Origin: Bacteroidales bacterium
GTDB taxonomy: Bacteria > Bacteroidota > Bacteroidia > Bacteroidales > VadinHA17
Assembly: GCA_046329875.1 (NCBI GenBank)
Contig: JAXLTT010000018.1
Span: 933-64,932, forward strand
Direction: 5' to 3'
DNA: 64,000 nt
Made by a program: the position numbers and the translations under genes. Under the pieces are notes generated by a model that saw nothing but the letters and a program-made list of their open reading frames with translations, searched no databases and was not told the origin of the DNA. Position 1 is the stretch's first letter; each line of letters begins with the position of its first letter. Below are positions 10,801-21,652 of the stretch, piece after piece.

Positions 10801-11406
10801 TCAGATAGGTTCTTTACTGTGCCTGATAATGTACTGGAAATTAACAAGTACACCGGCACTTAGCATAAACTGGCTGTAGTGGCTCACAAGGTATTTTGCC
10901 TCAATGTTGAGATCAACCTGGTTCGTTAATTTCATGTAAGTACCCAGGCCAAGGTTCAGTCCGAGTGAATTATCCTTCTCCTTATAGGTCTGTGTTATCG
11001 GTGCTGTACTTCCGATAGTCTGTACATCTTTCTTCCAGGCCAGGAGGATATCCAATCCGCCCAGACCGTAAAGCTCAAACCTGTCGAGGGAGTTGAATAC
11101 AAAATGGCCGTTAAGATCAACCATCAGCGTTTTAACTGATACCTTCTGGTCCATGTTTATATCACTCTGTTTCCAGACATGAGGCATGAAGAATGTGACT
11201 GAGGGAGCAAGATGGATAGGGAGCTTCAGTTCATATATCCCTTTCAGGAAGATATTGAAATTTCCGCTCTTGTTGTAGTCATAATCCATTTTATGGAAAT
11301 GATAACCGGTTGTAAATCCGAGTCCTCCGCCAACCTTTGTCAGCTGGGCATTGACTGATGCTGTTGCGATAAGCATCACAAGTGTAAGTAATAGAACTTT
11401 TTTCAT
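10801..11406 (-). CDS. outer-membrane beta-barrel protein (porin-family-like)
   Basis: Signal peptide MKKVLLLTLVMLIATASVNAQ and alternating beta-strand pattern. ATG at 11406 was preferred over 11436. Confidence 0.65.
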   Translation of the reverse strand: MKKVLLLTLVMLIATASVNAQLTKVGGGLGFTTGYHFHKMDYDYNKSGNFNIFLKGIYELKLPIHLAPSVTFFMPHVWKQSDINMDQKVSVKTLMVDLNGHFVFNSLDRFELYGLGGLDILLAWKKDVQTIGSTAPITQTYKEKDNSLGLNLGLGTYMKLTNQVDLNIEAKYLVSHYSQFMLSAGVLVNFQYIIRHSKEPI

Positions 11407-11573
11407 ATTTAAGGGTTTTTGTGAATTGTCGCTCATTGAGATAATAAAGATAAAAAATACATTCTGAACCTGAGCCCCTGTTTGATAAAGAGAGCTAAAA
11501 AGATGATGAGGAAATATAATTCTGCCACAAACAGAAAAAACCCAATTGATGAGCCGGGGAAATCAAAATTTAT

Positions 11574-11581
11574 TAAATTTG
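11574..11581 (+). promoter_or_regulatory. candidate -7 box TAAATTTG
   Basis: TAnnTTTG match 38 nt upstream of atpD. Confidence 0.35.
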
Positions 11582-11603
11582 TATCTTGTCAAAAAATAAT
11601 TAA

Positions 11604-13127
<1,524 letters not shown>

Positions 13128-13133
13128 TTGAGA

Positions 13134-13388
13134 ATGAAAATAGAGATTATAACTCCGGACGAAAAGATTTTCGAGGGTGAAATAAAATCGGTAAGGGTCC
13201 CTGGTCAGAAAGGGTCTTTCCAGGTTTTAAAAGACCACGCACCAATCGTTTCAACGCTCGAGAACGGTCCTGTAATTCTCATCGATCCTGCAGGCGCAGA
13301 AAAACGCTTCATTATTAACGGTGGCGTTGTGGAGGTAAAAGCCAACAGGATAATACTCCTCGCCGAGTCGGTCCGTCAAAACACCTGA
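13134..13388 (+). CDS. atpC: F0F1 ATP synthase subunit epsilon (short form, N-terminal beta-sandwich only)
   Basis: Follows atpD; about 84 aa with no C-terminal helical hairpin. An alternative TTG start exists at 13128. Confidence 0.85.
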   Translation: MKIEIITPDEKIFEGEIKSVRVPGQKGSFQVLKDHAPIVSTLENGPVILIDPAGAEKRFIINGGVVEVKANRIILLAESVRQNT

Positions 13389-13389
13389 A

Positions 13390-14802
13390 ATGAAACCGGA
13401 TGAATTCAGGAAACATGCCCATGCCCTCGTCGACTGGATGGCGGATTACATGGAGCATGTTGAATCCTATCCTGTAAAATCCCAGGTTGCCCCCGGTGAT
13501 ATCTTCAGTAAACTGCCGGACAACCCGCCCCTTGAAGCTGAATCATTCGAAGCTTTTTTTGAGGATTTTGAGAAGATAATAATGCCGGGGATCACCCACT
13601 GGCAAAGCCCTAACTTCTTCGCTTATTTCCCTGCAAACACAAGCCCGCCTTCGGTACTTGCAGAGATGCTCACATCAACGCTCGCAGCACAATGCATGAT
13701 ATGGGAGACCTCACCGGCCGCAGCCGAACTCGAGGAAAAAGTGATGAACTGGCTGCGCGATGCTACCGGTCTGCCAGCAGCATTTGAAGGGGTGATACAG
13801 GATACCGCCTCAACTGCAACCCTTAGCGCCCTGCTCACGGCAAGAGAAAAAACAACTGGTTTCAGGATAAACGAGGAAGGAGCTTTTAAAAGCAGGATCC
13901 TGCGGGTTTATTGCTCTGAACAGACCCATTCATCAGTTGAAAAGGCTGTAAAAATTGCCGGTCTCGGGAGGAAGAATCTTGTTAAGATCCCTGTTCTTGA
14001 AGACTATTCTATGGACACCAGAGCATTAGAAAAAGCTGTTGAAGACGACCTTTCAAACGGATACCTCCCCTGCTTTGCAGTCGCATCACTCGGAACCACC
14101 GGCACAACATCCATTGATCCGCTGAGCACCATTGGAGAGATCTGCAAAAAGCATAATATATGGCTTCATGTTGATGCCGCCCTCGGCGGAACAGCACTCC
14201 TCCTTCCTGAATTAAGGTGGATGATAAAAGGGATTAAAAATGCCGACAGCCTTGTCTTCAACCCCCACAAGTGGATGTTTACAAACTTTGACTGTACTGC
14301 ATATTTTGTAAAGGATGCAGCAACACTCATACGCACATTTGAAATCCTTCCGGAATACCTTAAAACAAGATCAAGGGGAAAGGTGAATGATTACCGCGAC
14401 TGGGGCATACCGCTTGGGAGACGCTTCAGGGCGCTGAAACTATGGTGTGTCATAAGGATGTACGGGCTGAACGGCCTCAGGGAAAAGATAAGACTGCACC
14501 TTTCACTTGCAAGGTGGCTTGAGACAAGGATAAGGGAAGATAAAGACTTCGAGCTGATGGCCCCTGTAACCCTAAATACAGTTTGTTTCAGGTATCATCC
14601 CGCCGGCTGCAGCAATGATGATGCAAACACCCTTAATGAGAAGCTGAATCATATCCTTAATGATTCCGGGAATATCTACCTGACCCATACAAAACTCAGG
14701 GGCTGCTATACGCTAAGAATGGTAACTGCCCAGACAAATGTGGAACTGAGGCACGTTGAAAAAGCATGGGAACAAATTAAGGACACAGCCGCGGAATTAT
14801 AA
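13390..14802 (+). CDS. group II PLP-dependent (aromatic-L-amino-acid/tyrosine-type) decarboxylase
   Basis: NPHKW PLP-lysine motif, 470 aa. The start lies 1 nt after the atpC stop. Confidence 0.85.
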   Translation: MKPDEFRKHAHALVDWMADYMEHVESYPVKSQVAPGDIFSKLPDNPPLEAESFEAFFEDFEKIIMPGITHWQSPNFFAYFPANTSPPSVLAEMLTSTLAAQCMIWETSPAAAELEEKVMNWLRDATGLPAAFEGVIQDTASTATLSALLTAREKTTGFRINEEGAFKSRILRVYCSEQTHSSVEKAVKIAGLGRKNLVKIPVLEDYSMDTRALEKAVEDDLSNGYLPCFAVASLGTTGTTSIDPLSTIGEICKKHNIWLHVDAALGGTALLLPELRWMIKGIKNADSLVFNPHKWMFTNFDCTAYFVKDAATLIRTFEILPEYLKTRSRGKVNDYRDWGIPLGRRFRALKLWCVIRMYGLNGLREKIRLHLSLARWLETRIREDKDFELMAPVTLNTVCFRYHPAGCSNDDANTLNEKLNHILNDSGNIYLTHTKLRGCYTLRMVTAQTNVELRHVEKAWEQIKDTAAEL

Positions 14803-17670
14803 CCTGTGCCCGATCTTCATACCGAATACATCCACACGGAAAAGAAGTTTTAATGCCGGCGCACTTCCCGGGTCCTTCCATGAAGCCTGGACTCCGCTGC
14901 TTATCATGAATGGCATCCTGAACAGATAAAAATCAGCCAGGAGTTCAGCCCCGAAAGACCTGAATGATTCATTGTAATCATGAAAATTATTTGTTTTCTC
15001 AAGGAAATAGAGATTTCCCTTTCCCTCCGCATAATCAAAAAACATTGTTCCCCTTATCCGTTTCAGGTACACAAGCATTGGAACCGACAAATCGGGATAA
15101 ACTATCGGGAAGCTGTAATCAGCTGAAAGCATCCTGTAATTGAGAGAAATTATATGTTCATATCCCCTGGGGAGGTCAGATATATTGTAATGAACAAGCA
15201 TAACCTTCCCCTGGTCCTCATAGTTGAGTCTCAGCCTCAGCCCGTTGTTCCTGAGTATCCCCGGGAGATAAAAGGTAGTTCTCAGAGAAACTATCGAACC
15301 ATAAATATTCCTGTCAAAAGGATAGGTCATAAATGAAAAATCGAGAACCTGGCCGAACTTTGGCCAGATATCCCTTTCTGAACGTACCAGGGCATTATAC
15401 AGGTAGATTCGTGGCATCAATTGGAGTTGCCCGTAATCATAGGACTGACTTCCTGATATATAGACGTAGTTATTCTGGTAGGTCGCAGACAGGGATGCCC
15501 ATACAAACTGGGAATATTTTCCTGTCGAGAAACTCAATGGCAGCGAAACCGAGTTTGTAAAAGCCAGTCCCGGATTAATATATGCCGGGTCTGAAGGTGC
15601 CTTATCCCTGTTGTAAATTACTGGTGCGGCACCGTAATCAAGTCTTGACTCGAATACCGGGTACCAGCCCTTCCAGGTAAGCTTGTAGTGCAGGTTGTTC
15701 CTCCCCCCTGAATATTCATACCCAGCCTGTGAGATAAGTGAACTGAGGCTGTTCTGTGATAAAAGTGTAAAGCCGGGGCGGATTGAAGTCGGATCAGACT
15801 GCACCTGGTCAATGTCGGCATAAACAGGCATCCAGCTGTGCAACCTGAAAAGATGCTCCCATTTCCTGTATCGGCTTACTTCATATTCCTTCTCTTTTCC
15901 ACCTGGCGTGCTCAAACCTGTCGTATCCATCCTGTTTACTAGGAGTGTGTTCTTTACGATGGCCGGGTTTTTATTTACGGCATCCTTTGGGTCGCTGCTG
16001 CAGATCCGGTACCCCGATGCTGTATAGTCAGAGAAAAGAACAGATTTACCTGCCGGTGAAGGGTCGTAAGCCCCGAATAAGGAATTGGTTACCATGGCGG
16101 TGGTGCCATCCTTTAATCTCATCATAATATTATCTGTACCACTCTCCGACGATCCGTAAAACAGTGTGTCACCCTCCATAATAGCTGAACCCAGGTCAGC
16201 ACGACCCTCGGGAAGCAGAACCTTCCATTCTGAACTCCTCGTATCAAGCTGAATTATACCTTCGCCGCCAGTACCCAATGAGACGAAAGTTATCCTTTCA
16301 CAATCTCCTGACCACGAAGGCCTCTGGGCAAAAACATTGCCGGGAGTATCATAATATCTTTCAACCTCACCGGTTGAAGAGTTTATTATAACAAGCCTGT
16401 TCCTGTTTTCAACGCTGATCTCAGCCGCCACAACCTTTTTCCCGTCGGGAGAGAGAGATGCGGCGAGATACCTCTGCCTGTGACTCAGCATCCTTGCAAT
16501 TCCGCTTTTTATATCGAGTATCCTTATGTCAGAAAATGTCCTGTTTTCCCACCTTGGGTCAGGTCTGTCTTCAACCCACACAATTTTGCCTTTCGCGACC
16601 GAAATAAAATACGGCCATGTGGAGCCAGGGGTGAATATATGTTCCTCGCTCCCCCTTGCAGTATTTATAAGTACAAACTCAGGTGGCTTAACCTGGGATG
16701 TCTTGATCGCAACGACACTGTCAGCACCAGCCTGAACTGGCGAATAATAACTAACATAGCCTTTTGTGGCAGGAGAATACAGCGGTTTGCCCGGCCTCGA
16801 TGCAGATACTGCGAGATCTTTCTTCCATGCGGTTCCCAGCGAGTCAAATGCCTGTGAGAATACACCGGCTTTAGTAAGGCCTGTGGTTTTGTTAAGGCTG
16901 AAAAGAAACGGATCGATCGTGAAAGGGAGCCTTGCTGTATAACTGAGAGCCCTGTTCCATACATCGTGGCCGTACTTCACTGAAGCCCATGCAGCCACCT
17001 GGTAGCCCGACTGGTAGTAGTCAGGTACATGGTCCCTGTATGAACCGAAAATCATCTTGTCGTAGCTGTAAATGCCTTTCCCTGAAGTTGACAGTGCTTT
17101 CATTTCCTTCTGGAATGCAGGCGTCCTTCCCCTGCCTGATTGGGAAAGGAACGATTCGGCAAATACCGCATCACCCTCCATGAACCATAATGGTACGAAA
17201 ATAGCTGCTGCCCCTGTCACCTGTTCTCCGCCGGCAAATGAGAGAATCTTTATTAACCCCTTCCTCAGAGAATACATCTGCATTACATGGGTTGTCTCAT
17301 GTACAGTAAGCTGTTCCACAGGATCAAGCGGGATTGTATTCTGTTCAGGTGTCGGAAAGATCTCCATACGCCTGGGGGCCCACGACACGTAGCCGTTGGA
17401 GAAAGTTGTGTAATTATGGATGATGACCGGGAGTTTAATCTTTATGCCCGGGTATATTGCAGAAAGCCTGTCTGTGGAATTATCAAGGGAGTTAGCAAAC
17501 TTCTGTGCCTGCGACCTGTAACTTTCAGGAAAGACTAAAGTGAACCGTGGTGTTTTTATTGAAAACCATTTCAATGAGGCGGGATCAGTTCCTGTATCAT
17601 AATACTGTGCTTTTGATACGGTCAATGTGAGCAGAGAAAACAGGATAGCAGCCCCGCAACGCAGTCTCAT
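14797..17670 (-). CDS. large secreted protein with an HExxH motif and TolB/WD40-like beta-propeller region
   Basis: Signal peptide, HETTH at about aa 124, repeated propeller-like segments, 957 aa. I recognise no precise family. Confidence 0.5.
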   Translation of the reverse strand: MRLRCGAAILFSLLTLTVSKAQYYDTGTDPASLKWFSIKTPRFTLVFPESYRSQAQKFANSLDNSTDRLSAIYPGIKIKLPVIIHNYTTFSNGYVSWAPRRMEIFPTPEQNTIPLDPVEQLTVHETTHVMQMYSLRKGLIKILSFAGGEQVTGAAAIFVPLWFMEGDAVFAESFLSQSGRGRTPAFQKEMKALSTSGKGIYSYDKMIFGSYRDHVPDYYQSGYQVAAWASVKYGHDVWNRALSYTARLPFTIDPFLFSLNKTTGLTKAGVFSQAFDSLGTAWKKDLAVSASRPGKPLYSPATKGYVSYYSPVQAGADSVVAIKTSQVKPPEFVLINTARGSEEHIFTPGSTWPYFISVAKGKIVWVEDRPDPRWENRTFSDIRILDIKSGIARMLSHRQRYLAASLSPDGKKVVAAEISVENRNRLVIINSSTGEVERYYDTPGNVFAQRPSWSGDCERITFVSLGTGGEGIIQLDTRSSEWKVLLPEGRADLGSAIMEGDTLFYGSSESGTDNIMMRLKDGTTAMVTNSLFGAYDPSPAGKSVLFSDYTASGYRICSSDPKDAVNKNPAIVKNTLLVNRMDTTGLSTPGGKEKEYEVSRYRKWEHLFRLHSWMPVYADIDQVQSDPTSIRPGFTLLSQNSLSSLISQAGYEYSGGRNNLHYKLTWKGWYPVFESRLDYGAAPVIYNRDKAPSDPAYINPGLAFTNSVSLPLSFSTGKYSQFVWASLSATYQNNYVYISGSQSYDYGQLQLMPRIYLYNALVRSERDIWPKFGQVLDFSFMTYPFDRNIYGSIVSLRTTFYLPGILRNNGLRLRLNYEDQGKVMLVHYNISDLPRGYEHIISLNYRMLSADYSFPIVYPDLSVPMLVYLKRIRGTMFFDYAEGKGNLYFLEKTNNFHDYNESFRSFGAELLADFYLFRMPFMISSGVQASWKDPGSAPALKLLFRVDVFGMKIGHRL

Positions 17671-17853
17671 CGGTTTTTAATTTGTCAAATTTAACAATAT
17701 TAGGGCTTATCACTTCCAAATGTAATTATATACATCACCGCTCACCCCGGACATCATTAACTCCGTTGTCCCCTTTTATATTGCGGGAACGAAAAAATAA
17801 GTATTTTCGTCAGCTGAACGGGAAGGTCCCTTCAGCTTCAAAAATTGAGTGTT

Positions 17854-20800
17854 ATGAAAAATTACAGGCTGCTGAATAATATCACCGGCTGGGGAGTATT
17901 TCTCTTTTCAGCAGTGATATACCTGCTTACGATAGAGCCAACCGCGAGTCTCTGGGACTGCGGCGAATTCATTGCTTCAGGATACAAGCTTGAGATAGGT
18001 CACCCCCCGGGAAACCCTGTTTTTATGCTTATGGCAAATTTCTTCACCCACTTTGCATTCGGGAATGTAACTAAGGTGCCTGTGATGGTGAACTCAATGT
18101 CGGCCCTTGCCAGTGCATTTACAATACTTTTTCTTTTCTGGACTATAACTCATCTTGCAAAAAGGATATTGATAAAGTCCGACGAGGAATTCACGCCAGG
18201 CAGGATCACTGCTGTTATTGCCGCTGGAGTTGTGGGGGCCCTGGCCTACGCCGTTTCTGACTCATTCTGGTTTTCGGCTGTCGAAGGAGAGGTGTATGCA
18301 AGCTCTTCATTCTTTACTGCTATAGTCGTATGGGCCATGCTTAAATGGGAGGAGGTTTCAGATGAGGCATACAGCGACCGCTGGATAGTGCTCATTGCAT
18401 TCCTTACAGGTCTTTCGATAGGTGTTCATCTTCTTAACCTGCTTACAATACCTGCCCTGGCCCTTGTTTATTATTTTAAAAAATACGAGTTCACCTGGAA
18501 GGGATTTATTATTTCAACAATAGTTTCATTTGTCATTCTTGGTTTTGTCCTCTTTGGACTTATCCCGGGAATTGTAAGATTCTCTTCAGGGTTTGACATG
18601 TTTTTCGTGAACAGCCTCGGGCTGCCGGTCAACAGCGGTGCGATATTCCATATACTCATTGTTGTGGCATTTTTTGTGCTTGCACTCAGGGCTTCGGTTA
18701 GGGATGCAAAACAAAACCTGACTGCATTGTTCGCCATACTGGCATTGTTCTTTTCAGGAATATGGATTCTCTCGGATTCGGTATTCCTTAATATACTGAT
18801 ACTCGCAGGCGTGGTTTTTGCAACCTGGTATATTACATCCAGGGACAGGTATGTGCTTAATATAGGTCTTACTTCACTTGCAGTAATTCTCATAGGCTTT
18901 TCAGCCAACGCAATTATTTTCATACGGTCGTCGGCTAATACACCGCTAAACGAAAACAACCCATCCAATCCAAATAACTTCCTTTATTTCATAAACAGGG
19001 AACAGTACGGGCAAAGGCCGCTGTTCAAGGGCCCTTACTTCAATGCCCCGGTTATAGAGTATAAGGATGGAAAAGCACGCTACAGCCTTGTTAACGGTAA
19101 ATACAAGATCACAAGTCATGATGTTGAGAGGGTTTATGATGAGAGGTTTGTAACGATATTCCCGAGGATGTGGAGTGATCAGAGCGATCACCAGCAGGCT
19201 TACAAGGATTGGTCGGGTATGAAAGGGGTGCCGGTCCAGGTTACGGATCAGAACGGCCAGAAGAAGATAGTGAGGAAACCAACCTTCTTTGAGAACCTTA
19301 AGTTCATGTTCTTCTACCAGATCGATTTCATGTATTTCCGCTATTTCATGTGGAACTTCTCGGGAAGGCAGAATGACATCCAGGGTGCCGGAAGCGCTTT
19401 CAGCGGAAACTGGATAACAGGGTTGAATTTCATTGATGCAAAACGTGTGGGAACGTCCGACATGCCGGCTGAAATGAAAAATGATCCTTCTAGGAACGTA
19501 TACTACCTGTTGCCTTTCATTCTTGGTATAGCCGGACTTTCATACCAGTATGCCCGCGATAAGAAGAACTGGTGGATTGTTATGCTTCTTTTCCTTATGA
19601 CAGGACTTGCAATTATATTCTATCTCAACCAGTATCCAAACCAGCCAAGGGAAAGGGATTATGCTTTCGCAGGCTCATTCTATTTCTTTGCTATCTGGAT
19701 AGGTCTTGGCGTCCTCCTTCTCTTTGAACTTTTTACAAGGTTCCTTAGTGAAAAAATTGCCGCCCCTGTTGCAGGAGTGATATGCATAGCTGCTGTTCCG
19801 CTTATTATGGGTACCCAGAATTATCACGACCACGACCGGTCTGGCAGGTACCTTGCAAGGGATGTGGCAGCCAACTACCTTAATTCATGTGCCCAGAACG
19901 CGATACTTTTTACCAACGGGGACAACGATACCTTCCCTTTATGGTACGCTCAGGAAGTTGAAAATGTGAGGACCGACATCAGGGTTTGTAACCTTATGCT
20001 CCTGAATACTGACTGGTATATCGACCAGATGAAGAGGAAGACCTATACTTCGGACCCGCTTCCTGTAACTCTCCCTGCAAGTAAATACTGGGACGGTGTG
20101 AACAACCAGGTGTTTATTGTAGAGAAAACAAAAGAACCGGTAGATATCAAGACTGTACTCGAATGGATCAACAGCGCCAATCCTGCAACCAAGGTTCAGA
20201 TCTCAACAAATGAGCTGCTTGATGTTGTCCCGACAAGGACAATAAGGATCCCTGTTGATAAGGAGAAGGTACTGGCGTCAGGCACCGTTAAACCCGAAGA
20301 GGCTGATAAAATTGTCCCGTATATCGATATTAAACTCAAGGGGAGTTCAATTATGAAAAGCTCTCTAATAATACTTGATATACTTGCAAACAACGACTGG
20401 AAACGGCCTATATATTTTATTACAGGTTACCACAGCGATGCAATGGGTCTCGAGGAGTACTTCCAGCTTGAAGGGATTGCCTACAGGCTTATCCCGATAA
20501 AATCCTCAAATAACAGCTGGATAGACTATGGCCGTGTCGATACTGAAATTCTCTACAATAACATGCTGAAGAAGTTTCAGTGGAGAGGTGCAAAGGAAAA
20601 GGGCGTGGATATCGATTATAATCACTCCAGGACACTTTTGGTCGTAAAGGCAAGGTACAACTATGCCAGGCTTGCAAAAGCCCTTGTAAACGAAGGAAAG
20701 AACGAAAAAGCCCTTGAGGTGCTTAATTATTGCATGGAAACTTTTCCGCTTGACAAAATACCGTTCGACATGTACGTCCCGGAACTGATAGATGCCTATG

Positions 20801-21066
20801 TGCTTGCCGGGGCTATCGATAAGGCCACTGACCTGTCGAAGAAACTTGTTGATTATTATTCTGCAAGGCTTGATTATTACTTGCGCCAGGAGCCTTCATT
20901 AATTGCTTCGGCTGACTATGAGATTCAGACTGCTTTACAGTTTATTTCAAGGACTGCCAACGCGATGAAGGAGGGCAAAATGGATCAGCTTTCGACAGAG
21001 TATAATGCAAAAGTCGAAAAGTATTATACAGAATATCTAAGGAAAAGCGGCAAAGGGGGAAGCTAG
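17854..21066 (+). CDS. DUF2723 domain membrane glycosyltransferase-like protein
   Basis: N-terminus LTIEPTASLWDCGEFIASGYKLEIGHPPGNP is the DUF2723 signature. It has many TM helices. ATG at 17854 was preferred over TTG at 17845. Confidence 0.85.
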   Translation: MKNYRLLNNITGWGVFLFSAVIYLLTIEPTASLWDCGEFIASGYKLEIGHPPGNPVFMLMANFFTHFAFGNVTKVPVMVNSMSALASAFTILFLFWTITHLAKRILIKSDEEFTPGRITAVIAAGVVGALAYAVSDSFWFSAVEGEVYASSSFFTAIVVWAMLKWEEVSDEAYSDRWIVLIAFLTGLSIGVHLLNLLTIPALALVYYFKKYEFTWKGFIISTIVSFVILGFVLFGLIPGIVRFSSGFDMFFVNSLGLPVNSGAIFHILIVVAFFVLALRASVRDAKQNLTALFAILALFFSGIWILSDSVFLNILILAGVVFATWYITSRDRYVLNIGLTSLAVILIGFSANAIIFIRSSANTPLNENNPSNPNNFLYFINREQYGQRPLFKGPYFNAPVIEYKDGKARYSLVNGKYKITSHDVERVYDERFVTIFPRMWSDQSDHQQAYKDWSGMKGVPVQVTDQNGQKKIVRKPTFFENLKFMFFYQIDFMYFRYFMWNFSGRQNDIQGAGSAFSGNWITGLNFIDAKRVGTSDMPAEMKNDPSRNVYYLLPFILGIAGLSYQYARDKKNWWIVMLLFLMTGLAIIFYLNQYPNQPRERDYAFAGSFYFFAIWIGLGVLLLFELFTRFLSEKIAAPVAGVICIAAVPLIMGTQNYHDHDRSGRYLARDVAANYLNSCAQNAILFTNGDNDTFPLWYAQEVENVRTDIRVCNLMLLNTDWYIDQMKRKTYTSDPLPVTLPASKYWDGVNNQVFIVEKTKEPVDIKTVLEWINSANPATKVQISTNELLDVVPTRTIRIPVDKEKVLASGTVKPEEADKIVPYIDIKLKGSSIMKSSLIILDILANNDWKRPIYFITGYHSDAMGLEEYFQLEGIAYRLIPIKSSNNSWIDYGRVDTEILYNNMLKKFQWRGAKEKGVDIDYNHSRTLLVVKARYNYARLAKALVNEGKNEKALEVLNYCMETFPLDKIPFDMYVPELIDAYVLAGAIDKATDLSKKLVDYYSARLDYYLRQEPSLIASADYEIQTALQFISRTANAMKEGKMDQLSTEYNAKVEKYYTEYLRKSGKGGS

Positions 21067-21485
21067 GAACGGTAAAGGAATCCGGCTTCCTGCCTGAGGT
21101 ATTTTTCAAGAACACAGTATAGCTTTTCAGGGTATACCGGCTTGAGCACATATTCATTACAACCGGCAATGAGTGCTTCATTCCTTGTCTGCTCGGAGAA
21201 ATATGCAGTTACCATTATAACCGGGGTCTTTTTCCTTTCGCGGCGGAAGAACCTTACACATTCAATGCCGTTTATAAAAGGAATCAGAAAATCGATTATT
21301 ACAAGGTCGATCTTTTCATTCGTCGATTCAAGATAACCTATGAAATCCTTGCCATTGTTGAAAATGCGAAGCTTAGCACCGGAGTTTATAAGTAAAGTCT
21401 CATAATACCTGACAGATGGAATATCGTCCTCGATGATGATGATGGTTTTTGACTGAAGCTCTAAGTTGTTGAAGCTCAAACTCAT
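21063..21485 (-). CDS. stand-alone response-regulator receiver protein
   Basis: CheY-like, with DD near the N-terminus, phospho-acceptor context DLVIIDFLIP and a conserved K. Confidence 0.85.
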   Translation of the reverse strand: MSLSFNNLELQSKTIIIIEDDIPSVRYYETLLINSGAKLRIFNNGKDFIGYLESTNEKIDLVIIDFLIPFINGIECVRFFRRERKKTPVIMVTAYFSEQTRNEALIAGCNEYVLKPVYPEKLYCVLEKYLRQEAGFLYRS

Positions 21486-21652
21486 TAAGGTGTACGGTTG
21501 GGTTTATGTAAATTTACGATAAGATGGTGATGTGCCCGGTGACCATTGTTGCAGTTATTAACAATTTATCAACATAAAATTAAAGACAGTCGTGTCTTAA
21601 TTTGTTTTCCTTGATTTTTATTTGCAAATTCGTGATATCTAACCGTAATCAA

